Positions 22,101-32,865 of a DNA stretch of 64,000 bases are shown here, piece by piece (within the stretch, counting starts at the first letter, position 1; each line of letters opens with the position of its first letter). The position numbers and the translations under genes were made by a program. Location: assembly GCA_963737635.1 (NCBI GenBank), contig CAVTTL010000001.1, forward strand, positions 864,001 through 928,000. Direction: 5' to 3'. The notes beneath the pieces were generated by a model. The model saw only the letters and a program-made list of their open reading frames with translations. It searched no databases and was not told where the DNA came from. Source of the DNA: an uncultured Methanoregulaceae archaeon (GTDB lineage: Archaea > Halobacteriota > Methanomicrobia > Methanomicrobiales > Methanospirillaceae).

Positions 22101-22433
22101 TGATTGCAAAAGAGAAATGGATCCAACTTTCCCAGATAGGTGAAGTAGCCATTCCCCCGCTCCGGGACATGCTCACGTGTTCTGACGACGACCTACGTAT
22201 AGGTGCAATCCTCGCCTTAGGAAAAATGAAAGGATCCTGTGCTATCGATCCACTGATCCAGGCGCTCAAGGACCGTAACATTCTCGTTCGGCGAAAAGCG
22301 ATGAATGCCCTTATAGAAGTGGGAGAGTCTGCCAGAGAGCCACTCATCCAGGCAGACTTCAATAGGCGATCCCGATCTCTTTTCCGCGGTTGAACATATT
22401 CTTGAACGAATCAGCCGAAAGTCCAACCTGTGA
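19115..22433 (+). CDS. Large HEAT/PBS-lyase repeat protein (indel near 22355; corrected end 22433)
   Basis: Many repeats of the type AVPPLVGLL.D...IRRDVAKALG..GD.RAV; central Pro/Glu/Thr-rich linker. Confidence 0.9.
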
Positions 22434-22536
22434 ATTCTGTCAGGTCAGAATTCATCCGCATTCCTCTACTACCAACCCAACCGTAACAAAAAAGATCGGT
22501 ATATATTCTGTTGAGAAGATCTTTTTTAAAAAAAAA
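22431..22536. terminator. Hairpins and T/A tracts between convergent genes
   Basis: TGAATTCTG-6nt-CAGAATTCA (22431-22454); AAAAAAGATC...GATCTTTTTT (22488-22527) followed by an A9 run. Confidence 0.5.
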
Positions 22537-22559
22537 GCTTCGCCGCTGTACACCAGTTG

Positions 22560-23312
22560 TTACCGATTAGACTTTTCCCGCAGTGTCTCTCTCTTTTTTT
22601 CCTGCTTTTTTTCCATCGCCTCTTCTTTGAGATTTTTGGGCATCAGCTCGATTGCGTACCTCAGGGCCGTCCGGGGCATGACTTGTCTATTGCGCATAAC
22701 GAATGCGAATACTTCAGCCTGATGTTGTCGGCTCGCTTCCTTTAAAAGCCAGCCATAGCCTTTTTGCACCATGTCATCGCTGTCAGTTAGAAGAAGATTT
22801 GCAATTTCCATCGATTCGGGAAGGAATGTGCCATGCTTTGCCGGGATAATAAGCGAGACCGCGGCTGCCCGGCGCATCCACCGGTTCTCCGATTGCGTCC
22901 AGCGCCTGAGTTCTTCGATGCACTCAGGGTACTGTTCGAAAAAATCACCCAATGTGTGATTGCAGAGTCCGTCGCAGGAGGCCCAGTTGGTAACGTAGGT
23001 ATCAATCCAGCGCCGGAACACCGCAAGATCTTCCCGCTCATACCGTCCGGAGAGAGCGTAAGCCCAAGTCGAGACGATAAAAGATTCCTCGAGCTGTCCT
23101 GATCGGTACAGCTCTTCGCAGAGAGCAAAAATCTCCTCTTTTTTCCGGAGCTTTATCTCCTTCCAGTACTTTTTTGCGAGAGTCGTAACCACCGGGGTTT
23201 TAATCCCGTAACAGGAGATCTCCTCTTTAAAGAACCGGCGGGAAGTTTCTTGGATCTGCGGATTTGCCAATCCATTGAGTTCCTGTCGTATACGTATGAT
23301 AACTGGATCCAT
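22560..23312 (-). CDS. DNA alkylation repair protein (AlkD family)
   Basis: YGIKTP, NWASCD, W..SENRWMRRAA, DDMVQKGYGWLLKE, MPRTALRYAIE. Confidence 0.88.
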   Translation of the reverse strand: MDPVIIRIRQELNGLANPQIQETSRRFFKEEISCYGIKTPVVTTLAKKYWKEIKLRKKEEIFALCEELYRSGQLEESFIVSTWAYALSGRYEREDLAVFRRWIDTYVTNWASCDGLCNHTLGDFFEQYPECIEELRRWTQSENRWMRRAAAVSLIIPAKHGTFLPESMEIANLLLTDSDDMVQKGYGWLLKEASRQHQAEVFAFVMRNRQVMPRTALRYAIELMPKNLKEEAMEKKQEKKRETLREKSNR

Positions 23313-23395
23313 GAAAAGGGTAGGAAGGACCGGGGGATAAGGAATACGGCACACGCGAAGGGGCGATGACGACGTGCCCCGTGAGGCTGTCCCCC

Positions 23396-23779
23396 TCACT
23401 TATTTTTCTTTCCCGCTTTCGTTGGGCATGGACTGACTGTTGTATCACCGGTCTCACTTTCGAGGTACATCCCTCCCCAGGTACAGAGTGCCTGCAGGAT
23501 CGGGATCAAGGTCGTGCCAAATTCGGTAATTGCGTATTCCACCCGCGGAGGCACTTCAGGGTAAAGGGGCCTCCTGATCACACCATCTTTTTCGAGCTCG
23601 CGGAGCTGCTTGGTGAGCATCTTGGCATTGACTCCCGGCAATGTTTTCTGCAGTTCGCCAAAACGCATGACGTTGTCCCCGAGGTGCCAGAGAATGAGGG
23701 GTTTCCACTTGCCACCGATCACATCCAAGGTAGCTTCAACGGTGCAATGGTAGGTCCTGCCGTTCTTTGTATAGGTCAT
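23396..23779 (-). CDS. HxlR/DUF24 winged-helix regulator
   Basis: CTVEATLDVIGGKWKPLIL, KMLTKQLRELEKDG, YPEVPPRVEY. Confidence 0.93.
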   Translation of the reverse strand: MTYTKNGRTYHCTVEATLDVIGGKWKPLILWHLGDNVMRFGELQKTLPGVNAKMLTKQLRELEKDGVIRRPLYPEVPPRVEYAITEFGTTLIPILQALCTWGGMYLESETGDTTVSPCPTKAGKKNK

Positions 23780-23950
23780 GGTTACTCCTATGAAAGTCTG
23801 TTACATTATTATCTGTATTTCCTATTTAATCATCTGATGTCTATTCCATCATAAGGGTTCAGATTGCCATTGCAGGCTCCTGGAATGTATGCAGGGTTGC
23901 GGATGGTGGTTGCCCCGGGTCCCGCGTGCCGGGATGTGAGGAATACCTGT

Positions 23951-24514
23951 ATGGAAAAAAAACAGATCCAGAATAATTTTTTTATCCCGATGCCGGTGGT
24001 ACTCGTCGGCACTCAGGTTCAGGGACGGGCGAATTTCATGACCGTGGGCTGGTGTGCCCGAGCCAATGCGAACCCTCCGATGATTGTCTGTGGGATCGGG
24101 AACCACCACTATACCCCGCAGGGAATTGCAGAGACAAAAACATTCTCGGTCAACATCCCTCCGTCAGCTCTTCTGGAGAAGACTGATTACTGTGGGATAG
24201 TATCAGGTGAAAAAATCGACAAGTCGCGTGTTTTTGACGTGTTTTACGGATCGCTCAAGACTGCACCGATGATCCGAGAGTGTCCGGTCACCCTCGAGTG
24301 CCGGCTTGAAAAGGCCGTCCCGCTTCCGACCAACACGCTTTTTATTGGTGAGATCGTGGGCGCGTACGCGGACGGAAACGTGATGAAGGACAACAAACCG
24401 GACTTTGCGGTGATCGACCCACTCTTCCTGACCATGCCTGACAATAGGTATTGGACGATCGGGAAGCCTGCAGGGGACGCGTGGAGTGCCGGTAAAAAAC
24501 TGATAGCATCCTAG
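23951..24514 (+). CDS. Flavin reductase/flavoredoxin family protein
   Basis: PMPVVLVGT, NFMTVGW, FSVNIP, DYCGIVSG, APMIRECPVTLEC. Confidence 0.9.
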   Translation: MEKKQIQNNFFIPMPVVLVGTQVQGRANFMTVGWCARANANPPMIVCGIGNHHYTPQGIAETKTFSVNIPPSALLEKTDYCGIVSGEKIDKSRVFDVFYGSLKTAPMIRECPVTLECRLEKAVPLPTNTLFIGEIVGAYADGNVMKDNKPDFAVIDPLFLTMPDNRYWTIGKPAGDAWSAGKKLIAS

Positions 24515-24543
24515 AACAAGATATTCACAAGGACGGTAAACAA

Positions 24544-25363
24544 ATGGACACTATTCTCGTCGATCAGAATCTATGCACTCGGTGCGGTATCTGTTCCATC
24601 GTCTGCCCGGCCTCGATCGTTGATCCGGCAGATGAGAATTCCTTTCCCCGGGTGCAAGACACACGGGCAGGCATGTGCATCCGGTGCGGGCACTGCGAGG
24701 TTTCGTGCCCGTCGCAGGCACTTATCCTGAACTACCTCGTGGATGAGAAAGTCCCCGTCCCAGCCGGCACAGGAGCGATCTCTCCCGAAGATCTCGGAAT
24801 ATACCTGAAGAGGCGTCGGTCCGTGCGACACTTCACCAGCGAACCAGTCACAAAAGAGGCGATCACCGAGATCCTCGATATTGCACGGTACGCAGCTTCC
24901 GGCGGGAACGGCCAGCCAGTACAATGGTTGATTGTCCATGATCCCAATGAAGTCCGGCGGCTTGCCGGTATTACGGTCGATTGGATGAAGACGTTAAAAG
25001 GCAGCAGCCACCCTATGAGCGGATATATCCCCTCGCTGATATCCGCATGGGAATCCGGGTTCGACCCGGTCTGCCGCGGGGCACCTCATCTTGCAGTCGC
25101 TCATATCCCTGAGGGTAACCCGGTAGCCACCGTCGATGCGCTCATCGCGCTGACCTATTTTGATATCGCCGCACCGGCGTTTGGGGTCGGGACCTGCTGG
25201 GCAGGATTTCTCTCGATGGCAGCGGCAGCGTATGAACCCCTGCAGGAAGCGCTCGCCCTCCCGGCTGGACGTACATATTCGGTACAGCCTGATGTTCGGT
25301 TACCCGCACTACAAGACCTATGGCATCCCGCGCCGCAACCCGGTGCAGGTAATGTGGCGGTAA
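24544..25363 (+). CDS. Ferredoxin-fused nitroreductase (indel near 25278)
   Basis: CTRCGICSIVCP and CIRCGHCEVSCP, RRSVRHF, SGGNGQP, GVGTCWAGF; C-terminus LMFGYP..IPRRNP in the shifted frame. Confidence 0.88.
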
Positions 25364-25413
25364 GTGACTTCCTGCATAGGAATGGTTAATACCGCAGTTA
25401 TTCAGGTAAAGGT

Positions 25414-26196
25414 ATGACAGATTACGCAGCTATCGGACGGAAGAAACTGCTAGAGATCGATGGGAAGGCCGGTGTCAGGGTCGAAAAGATGTTAAACGGT
25501 ATTTGCCCTGATCTCGCCCGGTACCTCATTGAATATTCATTCGGGGAGATCTATGCACGGGAGATTCTCGATAACAAGACAAAAGAACAGGTGGTCGTGG
25601 CCGCCCTTACTGCCATGGGCACGGCTGCACCTCAGCTGAAGGTTCACATCCACGCAGCGCTCCACGTCGGCTGTACTCCTGAAGAGATCCGGGAGATCAT
25701 TATCCAGATGTGCGGCTATGCAGGATTCCCGGCGACACTGAACGCTATGGGGTCGCTTATGGAGGTCCTCAAGGAAAACGGGCAGGCACTTTCTCAAACC
25801 TCTGTCCATGCCGGTTCTGAGGGAAGGTACGAACGCGGTCGGGACCTGCTTTCCCGAATCGCTCCTGACCAGGAGCGGGTGCTGAGGGAAACGTTCGATC
25901 CGATAAACCCCGACATCACGCGATATGTCATCGAGTTCGGATACGGGGACATCTACGCCAGGGGCATCCCGTCGATCCGGAGCCGTCAGGCAGCGACCAT
26001 TGCAGCGCTTGCAGCAAAAGGGACTGCTCCATCGCAGCTCCGGTTCCATATCGGCGGCGGGCTCCGGGCCGGCCTTTCCGAGAAGGAGATTGTCGAGATT
26101 ATGCTGCTTATCTCGCTCTACGCCGGGTTCCCGGCAGCGTTGAATGGTATCCTCGCCACCCGTGAAGTATCATCGGCAATGAAGGAGAAGGTATGA
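25414..26196 (+). CDS. Carboxymuconolactone decarboxylase family protein, tandem double domain
   Basis: Two copies of FGEIYAR/YGDIYAR ... QLKVHI/QLRFHI ... YAGFPA. Confidence 0.9.
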   Translation: MTDYAAIGRKKLLEIDGKAGVRVEKMLNGICPDLARYLIEYSFGEIYAREILDNKTKEQVVVAALTAMGTAAPQLKVHIHAALHVGCTPEEIREIIIQMCGYAGFPATLNAMGSLMEVLKENGQALSQTSVHAGSEGRYERGRDLLSRIAPDQERVLRETFDPINPDITRYVIEFGYGDIYARGIPSIRSRQAATIAALAAKGTAPSQLRFHIGGGLRAGLSEKEIVEIMLLISLYAGFPAALNGILATREVSSAMKEKV

Positions 26197-26268
26197 TGAA
26201 AACGACAAGGAATCTCTGTTTTGGCGTGTACTTACCCAAGGAAAGAAAGTAACAACAGGTGACCAACG

Positions 26269-26852
26269 ATGACAAAAGTTATTGCATTCAATGGAAGTCC
26301 CCGGAAAAAGGGGAACACGTCCATTCTGATCGGTTACGTCTTCAAGGAACTAGAAGGCGAAGGGATCGAAACCGAGCTCGTACATGTCGGTGGAAAGAAG
26401 TCCGGGGATGTACGGCCTGCATGAAGTGTTTCGAGAACAAGGACGGCCATTGCGTCTTCGATGACGACATCGTCAACCATTGCATCGACCAGATGGTCGA
26501 AGCAGACGGGATTATCCTTGGTTCGCCGGTGTATTTCTTGGACGTGACCGCAGAGATGAAAGGATTGATCGACCGGGCGGGGTTCGTGTCCATGGCAAAC
26601 GGGGGCCTTTACCGGCGCAAAGCAGGGATGGCCGTTGCTGCAGTGCGGCGTTCCGGGGGAAGTCGTACTCTTGATACCATGCTCCATTTCCTGCTTGCCA
26701 CCGGAATGGTCGTTCCGGGATTCCCGGTTCTTGGCGTCGGAAGAGAGATCGGGGATGTTCACAAAGACGAAGAAGGTATCGGCCGTGCCCGGGATGCGGG
26801 GAAGAATATAGCCTGGCTCCTTAAGATGATGGAGACCGCAGGGAATTCGTGA
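26269..26852 (+). CDS. Iron-sulfur flavoprotein (Isf)/flavodoxin family (indel near 26398)
   Basis: MTKVIAFNGSPRKKGNT from 26269, then GCTACMKC..C and GSPVYF..KGLIDR in the shifted frame. Confidence 0.88.
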
Positions 26853-26864
26853 TCAGGTGAACAC

Positions 26865-27515
26865 ATGACAAACATTATCGCAATCAACGGAAGCCCACGC
26901 AAGAAGTGGAATACGGCAACGCTGCTCGAACACGCCCTTGAAGGAGCGGCATCAGTCGGAGCAAAGACGGAGATGGTGCATTTGTACGATCTGGAGTACC
27001 AAGGATGCACCAGCTGTTTCTCCTGCAAGCTCATCGGTGGGAAGAGTTACGGAAAATGTGCATTAAAAGATGGGTTAACTCCGCTTCTCGAAAAGATCCC
27101 GTCGGCCGATGCCCTTATTCTTGGTTCGCCAATTTACTTGGGAACGGCGACCGGTGAGATGCGGTCATTCCTGGAACGGCTGGTCTTCCCGTACCTCGTC
27201 TACGATCCGGAACGCTCGTCCCTCTTGCCCAAGAAGATGCCAACCGGCTTTATCTACACCATGGGTGCAGATGAGAGCCGAGTAAAGGACATGGCGTATG
27301 AAGCGCAGTTCAAGCTTACGGCTGTGCTGCTTGAGCGGGTCTTTGGCCCATCAGAGTGGTTTATGGTAACCGATACGTTGCAGTTCGACGATTATTCAAA
27401 ATATGTCTCGTCGGCATTTGATCCGGAGGTAAAGGCACGGAGACGCCGGGAAGTCTTCCCGCAGGATTGCAAAACGGCATTTGAGATGGGAAAGCGGCTC
27501 GGAAAAGGGCTGTAG
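26865..27515 (+). CDS. Iron-sulfur flavoprotein/flavodoxin family
   Basis: NGSPRKKWNT, GCTSCFSC..C, GSPIYLG, FLERL. Confidence 0.9.
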   Translation: MTNIIAINGSPRKKWNTATLLEHALEGAASVGAKTEMVHLYDLEYQGCTSCFSCKLIGGKSYGKCALKDGLTPLLEKIPSADALILGSPIYLGTATGEMRSFLERLVFPYLVYDPERSSLLPKKMPTGFIYTMGADESRVKDMAYEAQFKLTAVLLERVFGPSEWFMVTDTLQFDDYSKYVSSAFDPEVKARRRREVFPQDCKTAFEMGKRLGKGL

Positions 27516-27636
27516 CCCGAAAGGACGGAAGAGGAGCAGCGGGCACTATGAGGTATCTTTGAGAGTCTTTAATCATATACCACATCTTTATCTGTGAGAT
27601 GCTCCAGATGGTGAGATACCAAAAGGAGAAGATGAC

Positions 27637-27820
27637 ATGGCCACCGATCCTGTCTGTTTTATGATAGTTGACGAGGATACCGCCCAGTTCCGGAGTACTG
27701 TACAGGGATACTGAATACTATTTCTGCTGTAACTACTGCAAAAAGCAGTTCGATGCAAACCCGAAGCGGTATAGCCGGCTCGCAAACGATATGACGGTAG
27801 ATCTGGGATCCGGCTGCTGA
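27637..27820 (+). CDS. Small YHS/TRASH metal-binding protein (indel near 27700; absent from ORF track)
   Basis: MATDPVCFMIVDE...YYFCCNYCKKQFDANPKRY; AGGAG RBS upstream. Confidence 0.82.
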
Positions 27821-27918
27821 AGGATACCGAAATTCACTGCCGCGTGAAGTGCGACTGGAAAAACAGGTTTTTTGTCGTACACGAGGAACGAAATACCTAT
27901 TTGTACGGGAATTATGAT

Positions 27919-28332
27919 ATGACAGCACAAGACACCATTGCCAATACGTTCGCGGGAGATAACCGGTTTTCGATTATGGCGCAGGCCCTCAGGGCAACCG
28001 GTCTTGATTCAATTCTCGCAGGGAAAGGGCCGTTTACTGTCTGTGCACCGACTGACAATGCATTCCGGTTACTGCCGCCAGAAACCTTTGCCACGCTCAT
28101 AGCCGACCATCAGGGGCAGCTGCTCAGGGCACTCCAGTACCATATCCTCTATGGCAACCTCTCTTGCAACACGATCAAAAAACTGAATTTTCCCAAGACG
28201 CGCCTTGGTATAACCGTTGAGATCACGGAGAAGGGAGGGGTCGTGATATTCGGCGGTGCTACCGTGATCTTCCCCGATATCATCTGCACAAATGGCGTGA
28301 TCCACGGGGTCGATCATGTTGTCATTCCATAG
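27919..28332 (+). CDS. Fasciclin (FAS1) domain protein
   Basis: GPFTVCAPTDNAF, LQYHI, NGVIHGVDHVVIP. Confidence 0.9.
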   Translation: MTAQDTIANTFAGDNRFSIMAQALRATGLDSILAGKGPFTVCAPTDNAFRLLPPETFATLIADHQGQLLRALQYHILYGNLSCNTIKKLNFPKTRLGITVEITEKGGVVIFGGATVIFPDIICTNGVIHGVDHVVIP

Positions 28333-28446
28333 TGATCGACAACCTTCCTGCAGTTCAAACAATAACCTATAACTCATTTCGTGAGCAATATTTCATCCGT
28401 TGAATAGTCCTTTTTGAATCTCTATAAAAACAGCTCAGGTCATGCC

Positions 28447-30662
28447 ATGAACCAACCATCTGTCGTCGACAGCATCCTCTCAGCCCGCTACCTGCGGCGA
28501 GGGGAGAAGGATTTTACCGATATCTGCCGCCGTGTAGCCTCGGCTCTGGCAGAGGATGAAACTGAAAGAGCCCGTTTTCACGAGGCGATGATCTCGCTGC
28601 GTTTCCTGCCCAATTCTCCCACGCTCATGAACGCCGGGACCGAGCTGGGCCAGCTCTCCGCCTGCTTCACCCTTCCGGTCCCGGACACCATCGATGGGAT
28701 TTTCGACGCGATGAAGGAAGGGGCGATCATCCACAAAACAGGTGGGGGAACAGGGTACAATTTCTCGCGTATCCGGCGGAAGGATCTCCTGTGCAGTCTA
28801 CGGACGGCGTCGCATCCGGCCCCATCTCGTTCATGAGGGTTTTTAATGCGGCCACCGATGTAATCAAGCAGGGCGGGCGCTGGCGCGGGGCAAATATGGG
28901 GATCCTCAATGTCTGGCACGCGGACATTCTCACTTTTATTGCGGCCAAGAAAAAAGAAGGAGACATCGCGAACTTCAATATCTCTGTGATGGTCAACGAA
29001 AGGTTCATGGATCTCGTTTCGAAGAGACAGTTCGGTACAGTCTGGCTCACCCGCGAGAGTTCTGGTGAAAAAGTTACTGTCGGCCAGATCTGGACCGGCA
29101 TTGTGGACGGTATCTGGAAAAACGGTGAGCCCGGCATCCTCTTCTTCGACGAGATCAACCGGCACAACCCGACACCGCAACTCGGGGACATCGACACCAC
29201 GAATCCCTGCGGCGAACAGCCGCTCCTGCCCTACGAGAGCTGTGTGCTCGGGAGCATAAACCTCGCCGCCTGTTTCCACGATGGCGTTCTCGACGAGGCG
29301 CTCCTCCGCGAGACCGCACGCATGGCGACCCGTTTTCTCGATATCGTGATCGATAAAAACGTCTTTCCTATTCCGCAGATTGGCGAGGCCACCCGGAGGA
29401 CAAGGAAGATTGGCCTTGGTGTCATGGGAGTTCACGACGCCATGCTCATGACCGGCCTTGCCTATGATTCTCCCGAGGGACGGGAATGGTGCGAGCGTGT
29501 CATGAAGATGGTGACAGAGACGGCGGTTGACGAGTCGCACAAGCGCGCTGAAAAGCTTGGAACGTTTCCGGCGTGGAAAGGGAGCAGCTGGAAAGATTTT
29601 GCGGTGCGTAACGCCGCGATGACTACCGTCGCTCCTACGGGAACGATCTCTCTCTTCACCGGATGTTCGAGCGGTATCGAGCCGATCTTCTCCTTTGCCT
29701 ACACGAGAAAGAATACCGTAGGAAAAACATTTGTCATTGTTAACCCGGTGTTCGAGGCTGCACTCAAGCATATCCTGTCCGAAATGGGTTTTGCCGGCGA
29801 TGAGCGGACAAAGAAGGCTGGCGAAGTTATCGCCCATGTCCACGAATGCGGCACGGTTCAGGACCTGCACTGGCTGCCGCAGACCTTCCGCGCGCTCTTT
29901 AAGACGGCACTTGATATCCCATGGCGCGATCACATCCTCATGCAGGCCAGTTTCCAGAAATATGTCCATGCGTCTATCAGTAAGACCATCAACATGCCCG
30001 GCTCAGCGACAAAAGAGGATTGCGAAGAAGCACTTCTCATGGCCTGGAAACTTGGCCTCAAGGGAATCACCATTTACCGGACCGGGAGCAGGGAGGATGT
30101 TGTCCTCGCCCTGAAAGAGAAGAGTCCTGTGGAATCTGCAGGATTAGTGACCGCGGCATCTGCCATACGGGCGGTACCGGAGAAAATACCATCTCTTTCT
30201 ATTGATCGGCCAAAGGAGCTTGCCGGCCGGACGTACCTCTGCCAGTCGGGATGCTGCCGTCTCTATGTGACGGTGAACCTGATGGATGGAAAACCCATGG
30301 AGGTATTTATCAGGACAGTCGGGAGCGGTGGGTGTGACGCGAACAGCAGCGCCCTCGGCCGTGCGATCAGCACCGGCCTGCAGAACGGGGTGCCGTACGG
30401 CAAGTTTGTCAAACAGTTCGCTAAAGTGAACTGTATCTCCGCAATCAAAAACCCATCGTCTGAAGGTCATTCCTGCGCGGACGTAGTCGGACGATGCATC
30501 GAGCTCTCGGCTAAAAACCAGAGCATTGCTACCCTGAACGACTGGGATATCAGAAAGACTGAAGAGCAACGGCTCTGCCCCGAGTGTCAAAACCCCTTAG
30601 ATTTTGGTGAGGGCTGTAATCAGGGGATCTGCAAACACTGCGGTTGGACCGGCTGCAGCTAA
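28447..30662 (+). CDS. nrdJ: Adenosylcobalamin-dependent (class II) ribonucleotide reductase (indel near 28778)
   Basis: FLPNSPTLMNAG, SACF, TNPCGEQPL, SCVLGSINL, APTGTIS, SKTIN, KGITIYR; C-terminal zinc ribbon CPEC..CKHC. Confidence 0.93.
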
Positions 30663-30820
30663 TCCTCTTTCCTTTGCGTCCTCTTTTTTAGGATTCGCTC
30701 CGGCATTTTCCCGGATATGTTGCATGGTCTGCAATTAGGGTGATACACAGTGGCTGAAGAACTGCCGGCCTGCCATTCAAGAGGAATGCAAGAATAAAAA
30801 AGGGAATTGATTTAGGACTT

Positions 30821-32865
30821 TCAGATGAACAAGGGGGCAAGCACGAGCGAGAGCGTTGCCAGCAGCTTGATGAGTACGTGAAGCGAGGGGCCTGCAGTAT
30901 CCTTGAAGGGATCGCCCAACGTGTCGCCGATGACCGCTGCCTTGTGGGCCTCGCTGCCCTTGCCGCCGTGGGCACCACTCTCAATGTATTTCTTCGCGTT
31001 GTCCCATGCACCGCCGCCATTGTTGAGGATCAGGGCGAGAAGGATACCGGTGATGGTCCCGACAAGGAGGAACCCTCCGAGCGCTTCGTACTTCATGGTC
31101 ACGCCTATGAAGATCGGGAATGCGACGGCGAGAACGCCGGGGAGCACCATGTTCTTGAGTGCTCCAAGGGTGGTGATATCGATAACCCGGGCGTAGTCCG
31201 GCTTTTTCGTACCCGCCATGATGGCCGGGTCCTTGAACTGGATACGGACTTCGGTGATCACGTACTGGGCGGTCTTGGAGACTGCCCGGATCGCCAAGCC
31301 TGCAAAGAGGAAGATAAGCATCGCGCCAAGGAGCGCTCCGACAAAGACCGGGATCGAGGCGATGTTCACCGTGTCAAAAGTCTTCCCGATCAGCCGGGAA
31401 ATATCGGACATGTAGGCATTAAAGAGCAGGAAAACGGCAAGAGCGGCACTGCCGATTGCGTATCCCTTCGTCAGGGCCTTGGTGGTATTGCCGGCTGCGT
31501 CGAGGGCATCCATGCGTTTCCTGACATCTTCGGGGGCCTGGCTCATCTCGACAATGCCGCCAGCGTTGTCGGCAATGGGGCCAAACGCGTCCATTGCAAG
31601 GACGTAGGCGCATACTGAGAGCATGCCGATCGTCGCGACTGCCGTTCCGTAGATGCCGCCAAAAGCGATGCCGGTCATAGTTCCGCACTGGTAGGCGAGG
31701 AGCAGGGCGGCACCAATAAGGATGGCCGGGGCTGCGGTGGTCTCAAGGGCGACTGAGAAACCGGTGATGATGTTTGTCGCCGCTCCGGTCTCGGAGGCAT
31801 CAGCGATCTCTTGGACGGGCCGGTAGTGGTGGTCAGTGTAGTAGAGCGTGACCCGGAGGAACAGCACCGAGAGCACAATACCGACGAGGCCGGCGAGGTA
31901 AAACCAGACGATGCCCTGCAGGAGCCAGTTCACAGCCACGTACAGGAGGATGGCGCTGATTATTGCGGTGATGTAGTACCCCCTGTTCATGGAGACCATC
32001 GGGTCGCCGGTTTCCGTACCCGGACCGTGAGAATGCCGATGATGCTTGCAAACAGGCCGAATGCGCACATCACAATAGGGAAGAGGACGCCGTTCTCGCC
32101 GAAGACCGGGAAGAGCGCAACACCGAGGATCATCGCACCGATATTTTCGGCAGCGGTGGACTCGAAGAGATCGGCGCCGCGGCCGGCACAGTCACCAACG
32201 TTATCCCCGACGAGATCTGCGACAACAGCCGGATTCCGGACATCGTCTTCAGGAATGCCCGCCTCAACTTTGCCTACGAGGTCTGCACCGACATCGGCGG
32301 CCTTAGTATAGATACCGCCGCCGAGCTGGGCAAAGAGTGCGACAAATGAGGCCCCAAAACCATAGCCGACAATAATAAACGGCGTGGTCTGCGGGTTTGC
32401 ACCAAGGGCGTAGTAGGTGAGCGAGACCCCCAGAAGGGACATAGCGACGATAATCAGGCCCGAGATCGCACCGCCCCGAAACGAGGTTTCAAGGGCTTTT
32501 GCGGCACTGCTTTGGGCAGCTGCCGCGGTGCGGACATTCGATCGCACAGCGACCGACATGCCTATAACCCCGGCGAGGGCGCTGCAGAACGCACCGAAAA
32601 GGTACGCAAGTGCAGTGTCAATGGCAAGCCCTTGCTGACCGGTGAGGAAGTACACGCAGAAGATAGCTAAAGCGAGTACTATCGCTAATCCTGCGATGGT
32701 CGAATACTGTCGCTTGATGAATGCTTCCGCACCCACCCGGATCGCATCGGCAACTTCCTTCATCTTGGGCGTCCCCTCATCTTGGGCGAGGACACTGCGT
32801 GCGAGAAGGCCTGCGACGATCAGTGCGATGATGCTTATGATAACGACAACTGCAATTTCAAACAT
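30821..32865 (-). CDS. hppA: Membrane-bound ion-pumping pyrophosphatase, K+-independent type (indel near 32010)
   Basis: GGGIYTKAADVGADLVGKVE, DNVGD, DNAGG, GNTTKA, GGAWDNAKK, GDPFKDTAGP; GGAGGT RBS. Confidence 0.95.

Noticed and set aside
28578-29969. Long antisense ORFs (463 aa here; also 33316-34191, 42810-43559, 54074-54823)
   Set aside because: These are shadow frames of GC-rich genes on the opposite strand with no recognisable motifs.
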